Assembly (NCBI GenBank): GCA_041651155.1
Contig: JBAZJU010000006.1
Location: forward strand, 4,638-68,637
Length of the DNA stretch: 64,000 bases
Direction of reading: 5' to 3'
Origin: Patescibacteria group bacterium
GTDB lineage: Bacteria; Patescibacteriota; Patescibacteriia; CAIXNZ01
Shown: positions 57,343-64,000 of the stretch, piece by piece
Layout of the letters: every line of letters begins with the position of its first letter
Position numbering within the stretch: position 1 is the first letter of the stretch
Notes under the pieces: generated by a model
The model's database searches: none
The model's input: only the letters and a program-made list of their open reading frames with translations
Told to the model about the DNA's origin: nothing
Made by a program: the position numbers and the translations under genes

Positions 57343-59097
57343 ATGAACAAAAGGTTTTTTATATATTTAGTATTCATAAGTTTACTGGCAGTAATTGCGC
57401 CCATTACTGTCGCTTTTTATTATTTGCCAAAATTAAGCCAGGCTGTAATTAATGTTGAGTCAACACCAAAAAGCGCGCCTGCTAAGAGCTTATCAATTGC
57501 CGGAGGCATTGTGCCGCATCATTTGGCTGCGAAGCCAATTATTGACCAGTTTTGGCAAAAAATTGGAGAACAAAAACCAGATACAATAATTTTAATTAGC
57601 CCTGATCATTTTAAAAAAGGTGAACTAAGCGAGACGCCTAAAATAATTACTGTTGGTTTGGCAGAAAGTAAATTTGGCGATTTAATAATTGCGCAGGATC
57701 TTTTGGCAAAACTTGACCCAAAAATATTTGTTTTCAATTCCGCTGATTTAGATCTGGATCATGGCATTATGGCTCATTTGGATTTTATAAAAAAGTATTT
57801 GCCCGAGGTTAAGATTTTGCCTTTTTTAGTTCCGGCTGACATTAATCAAACGCAGATCGCAGATTTTACTAAACAATTAGCTCAGCATGCAGATTCTAAG
57901 GTCGTGGTGATTGCCAGCGTTGATTTTTCCCATTATCTGCCCAGGCAGGCAGCTGATTTGCATGATGCCAAGAGTTTGGCTGCAATTGTAAATTTTGACG
58001 AGCCGCAATTCCCTAAGCTGGAAGTTGATTGCTGGCAATGCCTTTACTCAAGCTGTTTATATGCGCAATTAGAAAAAAAAGATAAGCCTGAAGTTTTAGA
58101 ACATAAAAATTCTTTAGATTTTTTAGCTCCGCTTGATCTGAATAAAACCACTTCATATTTTACTATTATTTTTAAGCAGTCTAATTTATCCATTAAAAAA
58201 ATAGGCGCTAAAACTATTTTATTTGTCGGCGATATGATGCTGGATCGCAATGTAGAGGCTTTAATGAACAAAAATAGCTTTAATTATCCCTTTGAGAAAA
58301 TTGGTCAGTTTTTTAAAGGCCTGGATTTGGTTTTTGCCAATCTGGAAGGGCCAATCGTTAAAAACCCGACCCAGTTTCCAGCTCATTCTTTGCAGTTCGC
58401 TTTTTCTCCCAAAGTAACCACAGCTTTGAACTTCAACGGCATTAATTTGGTTTCCTTAGCCAATAACCATATTTTAAATATGGGCTCTGACGGCTTAAAT
58501 CAAACTCGGGAATTTTTAAAAGACAGCAAGATAAATTTCGCAGGCGATCCCAATAGTTGCGACAAAAAGTTTGCCTATCAGAACGATTATCTGGTGATGC
58601 TGGCTTTTAATAAAACAAATTCTGCCTGCACCAGCGAAGATATTATAAAAACTATTACTGAAATTAAAGCTGAAAATAAAATCAAGTTTTTAGCAGTTTC
58701 AATTCATTGGGGCAATGAATATCAAACAAATAATACTGATTTTCAGCAGAAAGCGGGCAGGCAAATGATTGAAGCCGGTGCCGATGTGATTATTGGCCAT
58801 CATCCTCACGTGGTAGAAAATATTGAAGTTTATAAAAATAAATTAATTTTTTATTCTTTGGGAAATTTTGTTTTTGACCAGTATTTTTCCAAAAATACCC
58901 AGCAAGGCCTGGCAGTGGGCTTGGAAATTAATAATGATAAGCTTGTTTATAGATTATTTCCTTTGCAGTCTAAACTTTCTCAGCCGCAGCTAATGGAAAA
59001 ATCTGAGGCCGATAAATTTTTAGCTGATTTGGCTAATAGATCTAGTCTTGGATTAAAGGAAAAGATTAGGAATGGTATAATTAAAATGAATTTTTAA
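57343..59097 (+). CDS. AmmeMemoRadiSam protein B (MEMO-like)-CapA metallophosphatase fusion
   Basis: IVPHH, SPDH and SVDFSHY (MEMO); GDMMLDR, NLEGP, ANNH, HWGNEY, GHHPH and YSLGNF (CapA). Confidence 0.88.
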   Translation: MNKRFFIYLVFISLLAVIAPITVAFYYLPKLSQAVINVESTPKSAPAKSLSIAGGIVPHHLAAKPIIDQFWQKIGEQKPDTIILISPDHFKKGELSETPKIITVGLAESKFGDLIIAQDLLAKLDPKIFVFNSADLDLDHGIMAHLDFIKKYLPEVKILPFLVPADINQTQIADFTKQLAQHADSKVVVIASVDFSHYLPRQAADLHDAKSLAAIVNFDEPQFPKLEVDCWQCLYSSCLYAQLEKKDKPEVLEHKNSLDFLAPLDLNKTTSYFTIIFKQSNLSIKKIGAKTILFVGDMMLDRNVEALMNKNSFNYPFEKIGQFFKGLDLVFANLEGPIVKNPTQFPAHSLQFAFSPKVTTALNFNGINLVSLANNHILNMGSDGLNQTREFLKDSKINFAGDPNSCDKKFAYQNDYLVMLAFNKTNSACTSEDIIKTITEIKAENKIKFLAVSIHWGNEYQTNNTDFQQKAGRQMIEAGADVIIGHHPHVVENIEVYKNKLIFYSLGNFVFDQYFSKNTQQGLAVGLEINNDKLVYRLFPLQSKLSQPQLMEKSEADKFLADLANRSSLGLKEKIRNGIIKMNF

Positions 59098-59148
59098 TTT
59101 ATAATTTATAATTTTTAAATATAAAGTTTTAATTTTTAATTATTTACT

Positions 59149-61758
59149 ATGCTTAAACAAAAAGGGATATTATTAATTATTTTGATAATTGTTATTGTTG
59201 TTTTAGCCAGTGCAGGATTGGCTATTTATTATTTAAAGATTGGCTGGCCAATTTTGAAGCAAAATGCCAATACAAATGCTACAGTAAATTTAGAGCCGAT
59301 TACTGCAAATTTGGCAGTAGCTAATAAAAATCTAATTTCCAAAGATGATTTAGAATTAAAAAAAGCAGTAATTGAGCCAAAGATTCCTAAGTACGATTTG
59401 CCATTAGAAGCTGACCAGGATATTAAAAATTATTCGGACGTGGTTAAAAAGATCGGCCTGAGTTTGGCAGCCAATGACCTTTTGCAGAAAAATGGCTTTG
59501 TGGTGATTGATACCCCTGCGGATTTTTTAGCCAAAGCCGATGATTTTGCAGATTATTATGGCCAATTAGAATCAAAAGAATTGCCTGTTTTTATCACCTC
59601 AGACAGCATGCTTCATTATTATCACATTTTTTTTGATACGACTTTAATGAAATTAGAACGAGATTTATTCTATGATGATGTCTGGCAGATGAGCCAGGAA
59701 TTATACAATGAATCGCTGGCTGTTTATAGCAATTCAACAGGCGATTTGCAGGAAGCAGCCAAGCGCAACCTGGCTTATCTAAGCGTGGCCATGGAACTTT
59801 TAAAACCAAAGCCAGACCAGGTGGCTACTGATAAAACCTTAAAAGCCGAATACTGCGAGCAATATATGGATGAGGCGACTTGCCAGATGGTCATTAAAGG
59901 CGTGAAAGAGCAGTATGGCGATAAAACCAGCTTTAAATATTTTTCCAATGAAGATGTACAAAAATATAATTTTCAAACCTCGGATATTGTCACAGATACT
60001 GTGGCTGCTGAATTAGATTTAATCAGCCGGCATGAGGGCTGGAAAAATTCGCCGCTTTTTGTTTATAAAGAAGATTACTCCCAGTATGTGCCGCGCGGAC
60101 ATTATACCAAGTCAGAAAAGCTGAAAAATTATTTCCAGGCAATGATTTGGTTTGGCCGCATGACTGATTTATTAAATGGCACTGACCAATTGCAACCAAA
60201 TGATTCAGCTTGTGATGGCCGCTGGACAGGCATTGTCTCAGACTATGATGCTAAGATTCAGACTTTGCAGGCAGAATTAATCGCCGCGAAATTTTTAGGC
60301 AGCCAGGATTTGCAAAACCATTGGCAGAGAATGTATGCTATTACTGGTTTTTTTGCCGGGTTTTCCGATGATTTAGGCCCTTATGAATATGGCCAAGCCA
60401 TTGAAGCTGTTTTGGGCAAAAATTTTTCAGTGCAGGATTTAGAAACAAAATTTACTGAGCTAAAAAATAAGCTAAATGAATTAAATTATGCGCCGAAAAT
60501 TTATAGCGGTTTGGGAGCATGTCAAATGATCATGTCTTGTCCGCCGCTTTTGGCTTCTGAAGTGCAAAATCTTAAAGTTCAGGCCAAGACTTTATTAAAT
60601 CAGACCAAAGGATTTCGGTTAATGGGGCAAAGATTTGCCCTGGACTCATATTTATTTTCTGAAATTGTTTCGCCATATTCTGGCCAGTATTCAGGTGAAA
60701 TTTCACCTTTGCCAACGCAGGAATTGCCTTTAACATTTTCTTGGGATGATCCTTTTACTGCAGCGCAAAAAAACAGGCCTTTCACCTGGGTTAAAACACA
60801 GGTAGCCGGCTGTTCAGAAGGCAGGGAGGTGAGAGGCTTTCCCACAGGCTTGGATGTTTTGGCAATCTTTGGTTCAGACCGAGCCAAAGAAGTTATCAGC
60901 CAAATAGGTGATGATAAATACAGTGATTATCAAACCAAGTTTGACCAGCTGAAAAAAGAAATTGAGGCTATGCCACAAGAGGATTGGTATAAAAATATAT
61001 ATAATAATTGGCTGTATGTTTTAAATAGTTTGCCGGTTAAATATGGCCAAGGTTATCAGTCATTTATGCAGACTGCTGCCTGGCAAGACAAAGAATTAAA
61101 TACCAGCTTGGCGTCCTGGTCTGAATTAAGGCATGATACTATTTTGTATGTTAAGCAAAGCTATACGATTGCTGAATTGGGAGCAGGGGAACCGCCTCCA
61201 ATTGTCGGCTATGTTGAACCAGTGCCAGAATTTTATGTGCGTTTATTAAATTTAACCAATCTGACTAAAAAAGGCCTGGATAAATTAGTGCCGCAGGATA
61301 CTATGGATAATTTAAAAATTGACGCGGCTTTGACAAATTTTTCCAGTATTTTAGAAAAACTTCAGACCATGTCACAAAAAGAATTGGCCAATCAGGCTTT
61401 AAGCGATCAAGAAAATGAATTCATCAGGAATTTTGGCGATTCACTGGTAAATTTAATCAGCACCTTAAGCGGCGGTGATGTTGATCCGCAGATTTTCAAA
61501 TCAGTGATGGTGGCTGATGTGCATACTGAAGGCAATGTTAAAAAAGTTCTGGAAGAAGGTGTTGGCTATATTAAAACATTGTTAGCAGCTTATAAATTGC
61601 CTGATAATCGCATCTTACTCGGAGTCGGACCGGTATTTAGCTATTATGAATTTAAACAAGACATGGATAATCGTTTAACTGATGAAGCCTGGAGGCAAAT
61701 GCTAGACAGTGATAAGCACCCAGCTTTGCCGAGTTGGACACAAAGTTTTACTGAATAA
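59149..61758 (+). CDS. DUF3160 domain protein (membrane-anchored)
   Basis: FITSDSMLH, EDYSQYVPRGHYT, SWSELRHDTILYVKQ and RLTDEAW motifs. Confidence 0.85.
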   Translation: MLKQKGILLIILIIVIVVLASAGLAIYYLKIGWPILKQNANTNATVNLEPITANLAVANKNLISKDDLELKKAVIEPKIPKYDLPLEADQDIKNYSDVVKKIGLSLAANDLLQKNGFVVIDTPADFLAKADDFADYYGQLESKELPVFITSDSMLHYYHIFFDTTLMKLERDLFYDDVWQMSQELYNESLAVYSNSTGDLQEAAKRNLAYLSVAMELLKPKPDQVATDKTLKAEYCEQYMDEATCQMVIKGVKEQYGDKTSFKYFSNEDVQKYNFQTSDIVTDTVAAELDLISRHEGWKNSPLFVYKEDYSQYVPRGHYTKSEKLKNYFQAMIWFGRMTDLLNGTDQLQPNDSACDGRWTGIVSDYDAKIQTLQAELIAAKFLGSQDLQNHWQRMYAITGFFAGFSDDLGPYEYGQAIEAVLGKNFSVQDLETKFTELKNKLNELNYAPKIYSGLGACQMIMSCPPLLASEVQNLKVQAKTLLNQTKGFRLMGQRFALDSYLFSEIVSPYSGQYSGEISPLPTQELPLTFSWDDPFTAAQKNRPFTWVKTQVAGCSEGREVRGFPTGLDVLAIFGSDRAKEVISQIGDDKYSDYQTKFDQLKKEIEAMPQEDWYKNIYNNWLYVLNSLPVKYGQGYQSFMQTAAWQDKELNTSLASWSELRHDTILYVKQSYTIAELGAGEPPPIVGYVEPVPEFYVRLLNLTNLTKKGLDKLVPQDTMDNLKIDAALTNFSSILEKLQTMSQKELANQALSDQENEFIRNFGDSLVNLISTLSGGDVDPQIFKSVMVADVHTEGNVKKVLEEGVGYIKTLLAAYKLPDNRILLGVGPVFSYYEFKQDMDNRLTDEAWRQMLDSDKHPALPSWTQSFTE

Positions 61759-61761
61759 ACC

Positions 61762-61792
61762 TGTAACTTTTTGGCTAATTTTACGTCCTATA
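61762..61792 (+). promoter_or_regulatory. Candidate ECF sigma promoter for the ABC exporter
   Basis: TGTAAC-N16-CGTCCTATA, same spacing as 41615. Confidence 0.55.
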
Positions 61793-61836
61793 TATAGTAG
61801 TACTCCGCAGATTACTGTGGAGTATTTACTTATTTT

Positions 61837-63597
61837 ATGAAATATAATACCAAACAAACCCTGAAAATTTATTGGCAATATGCCATGCGCTACAAAATAG
61901 CGGTTTTTTTCGTTGTTCTGACTACAATTGGCGCATCTATAATAAACGTGGTTACGCCTTTGTATTACAAGAAATTTTTTGATGTTATTTCCAGCGGACT
62001 GGATAAACAGTCACTTGGTTCTCAGCTTATAACTATAATTATTTATGTTTTAGTTTTGGATGTGGTTAGCTGGATTTGCTGGCGCGTGGCGACTTTTACT
62101 GCTTCATATTTTCAGGCTCATGTTATGGCTGACTTGTCAAATTATTGCTTTGCTTATTTACATAAGCATTCTTTTGCTTACTTTAATAATAACTTTGTTG
62201 GCTCATTAGTTAAAAGAGTAAAATGGTTTACTGCTGCTTTTGAAGATATTAGCGATAGAATAATATGGGATATAATTGTTTTAATAGTTAATTTGGTTGG
62301 AATCTTGTATGTTCTTTATACCCGTAATGCTCTTTTGGCGCTAGCCATGATTATTTGGGTGGCAATTTTTATGGTGTTTAACTGGGTATTTGTCAGATAT
62401 AAATATAAATTTGATGTGGCGAGAAATGAAGCGGAAACAGAATCAAGCGGGCTTTTGGCTGATACAATTACCAATAATGCCAATGTCAAGCTTTTTAACG
62501 GTTATAAAAAAGAACTTAAAAGCTTTGCTCTAATCACGAAAAAATTGCGCGATTTGCGCAAATTTGCCTGGTATTTAGGCGGTTATTTTGAATCAGCGCA
62601 AGGCGCCATGGGCGTAATTTTGGATTTTGTCATTTTTTATATTGCCATAAAATTGTGGCAGAAAAATTTGTTGACTATTGGCGATTTTGTCCTGATCCAG
62701 GCTTATATTATAAATATTATCAGCCGTGTTTGGGGTTTTGGCCGAATGATTCAAAAAGTTTATGAAAAGTTGTCAGACGCTGAAGAAATGACGGTGGTCT
62801 TAACTACGCCTCATGAGATTCAGGATATCCCGGAGGCTAAGGATCTAATTGTTAAACAAGGCAAAATAGAATTTCAAAATGTTAATTTTAATTATCACCA
62901 GACTCGCAAGGTCTTGTCTAATTTTAATTTAACAATTATGCCCGGTGAAAAAATCGCTTTGGTCGGGCCTTCAGGCGCTGGCAAAACCACCATCGCCAGA
63001 GTGCTATTGCGCATGTATGATTTGACCAGCGGCAAGATTTTGATTGATGGGCAAAATATTGCCAAGGTGACCCAGGAAAGTTTGTGGCGCAACATCAGCA
63101 AAGTGCCGCAAGACCCGATTTTGTTTCATCGCAGTTTAATGGAAAATATCCGTTATGGAAATTTTAAGGCTACGGACAAAGAAGTTATTCAGGCATCTAA
63201 ATTAGCCTATTGTCATGAATTTATCAGCAAACTCTCAGACGGTTATAGTACTTTTGTCGGCGAACGGGGGATTAAGCTTTCGGGCGGAGAACGCCAGCGC
63301 GTAGCAATTGCGCGGGCGATTTTGCACAATACGCCGATTTTAATCCTGGATGAAGCAACTTCCAGCTTGGATTCTGAATCTGAAATGCTGATTCAAAAAG
63401 CTTTGGATGAATTAATGAAAGATAAAACCGTGATTGCTATTGCTCATCGCTTGTCCACGATTAGAAAAATGGACAGGATTATTGTGATTGGTGAAAAGGG
63501 GATAATTGAAGAGGGGACTCATGAATCTTTAATTGCGCAAAAAGAAGGACTCTATAAAAAACTTTGGGGATTGCAGGCCGGTGGGTTTATACAATGA
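61837..63597 (+). CDS. ABC exporter, fused permease/ATP-binding (MsbA/MdlB-like)
   Basis: Six-TM domain, GPSGAGKT, LSGGERQR, ILDEATS and IAHRLST motifs. Confidence 0.95.
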   Translation: MKYNTKQTLKIYWQYAMRYKIAVFFVVLTTIGASIINVVTPLYYKKFFDVISSGLDKQSLGSQLITIIIYVLVLDVVSWICWRVATFTASYFQAHVMADLSNYCFAYLHKHSFAYFNNNFVGSLVKRVKWFTAAFEDISDRIIWDIIVLIVNLVGILYVLYTRNALLALAMIIWVAIFMVFNWVFVRYKYKFDVARNEAETESSGLLADTITNNANVKLFNGYKKELKSFALITKKLRDLRKFAWYLGGYFESAQGAMGVILDFVIFYIAIKLWQKNLLTIGDFVLIQAYIINIISRVWGFGRMIQKVYEKLSDAEEMTVVLTTPHEIQDIPEAKDLIVKQGKIEFQNVNFNYHQTRKVLSNFNLTIMPGEKIALVGPSGAGKTTIARVLLRMYDLTSGKILIDGQNIAKVTQESLWRNISKVPQDPILFHRSLMENIRYGNFKATDKEVIQASKLAYCHEFISKLSDGYSTFVGERGIKLSGGERQRVAIARAILHNTPILILDEATSSLDSESEMLIQKALDELMKDKTVIAIAHRLSTIRKMDRIIVIGEKGIIEEGTHESLIAQKEGLYKKLWGLQAGGFIQ

Positions 63598-63752
63598 GAA
63601 TAAATTTAACGATGGAAAAACTTTTAAAGAATATTTGGTAAAACTGTGGTAATAAAGTGGTAAAAAGTAGTAAGACATTGTTTTACAACTGTCTTACTAT
63701 CGTCTTCCAGCCATTACATTTCTATTTATGCTTTGAGCTAAAATTTGGAAAT

Positions 63753-63802
63753 AAAAAAAAGCGGCCTGCACTCCGTAGCTTTAACGAAGGATGTGGCCGC
63801 TT
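63753..63802 (-). terminator. Terminator-like hairpin for the minus-strand partial gene
   Basis: AAGCGGCC...GGCCGCTT stem followed by a T run on the minus strand. Confidence 0.55.
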
Positions 63803-63820
63803 GTTTTGTTTGTTTATCCT

Positions 63821-64000
63821 CTAATCCGAAAGGAGTTTACGATAATCCGACCCATTTTTGAATCGGAAAATTTCAATTTTAAATTCTCCGTGGTCAAGTT
63901 CCTTTCTTACAACTGCAATATTTTTGAGGAAAGAATCTTTCCCCAAGGAAGGCGAAAATCTCTTAATGACAGCCTTCAATGACGTTAGCAAATAATCTTC
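63821..64000 (-). CDS. Hypothetical protein, 3' end only (...KNIAVVRKELDHGEFKIEIFRFKNGSDYRKLLSD*)
   Basis: Open minus-strand frame from the window end to TAG at 63821, followed by a hairpin and T-tract. Confidence 0.5.
   Translation of the reverse strand, partial: EDYLLTSLKAVIKRFSPSLGKDSFLKNIAVVRKELDHGEFKIEIFRFKNGSDYRKLLSD

Noticed and set aside
57343-59097. MEMO-CapA fusion as a novelty
   Set aside because: To my knowledge this fusion is recurrent in CPR genomes, and nothing here distinguishes it.
63635-63670. GTGG direct repeats as MraZ boxes
   Set aside because: Spacing is irregular (11, 11, 10) and no mraZ/dcw genes follow on the + strand.
63791-63982. 63-aa plus-strand ORF
   Set aside because: Starts inside a hairpin and mirrors, codon for codon, a minus-strand frame that has a terminator; the minus frame is more plausible.
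1-64000. Alternative genetic code (TGA = Gly, as in Gracilibacteria)
   Set aside because: Long conserved genes are intact under code 11, and TGA falls at natural C-termini (e.g. 25881, 27814, 63597).

Overview
AT-rich bacterial window using genetic code 11. Gene content and style (short HrcA, TrwB/VirB4-like ATPase, MEMO-CapA fusion, DUF3160, Cys-rich surface proteins, housekeeping genes mostly without Shine-Dalgarno sites, many small palindromic intergenic elements) point to a Patescibacteria/CPR (Parcubacteria-like) genome; this is inference. Backbone: MacB-type ABC genes, CIRCE-hrcA-grpE-dnaK...dnaJ, cysS, dus, corA, an ECF sigma/anti-sigma pair, dnaX, tRNA-Gln(CTG). Accessory highlights: (1) an expanded His-Xaa-Ser (Hxs) RiPP-like operon (17990-32175) with hxsD, a short hxsD-like gene, hxsB, a Cys/Gly-rich HCS-(HGS)6 precursor with an Flp/class-III-like leader (FLNDEEG), six HxsC-like radical SAM paralogs and an A24 prepilin-type peptidase; (2) a second RiPP-like locus beside tRNA-Gln with an unannotated 30-aa precursor (49089-49181, minus), an RRE-radical SAM/SPASM enzyme, an APH-type kinase and a methyltransferase; (3) a probable orphan DGR target gene with a GC-rich variable-repeat-like 3' end (4165-4272), flanked by 60-bp repeats; (4) a GNAT / RaSEA-like radical SAM / 7TM histidine kinase / response regulator cluster; (5) a candidate ECF promoter motif shared by the sigma gene and an ABC exporter. 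No CRISPR array, rRNA, integrase, transposase or reverse transcriptase was recognised. All family assignments come from motif recognition by eye, not database searches.
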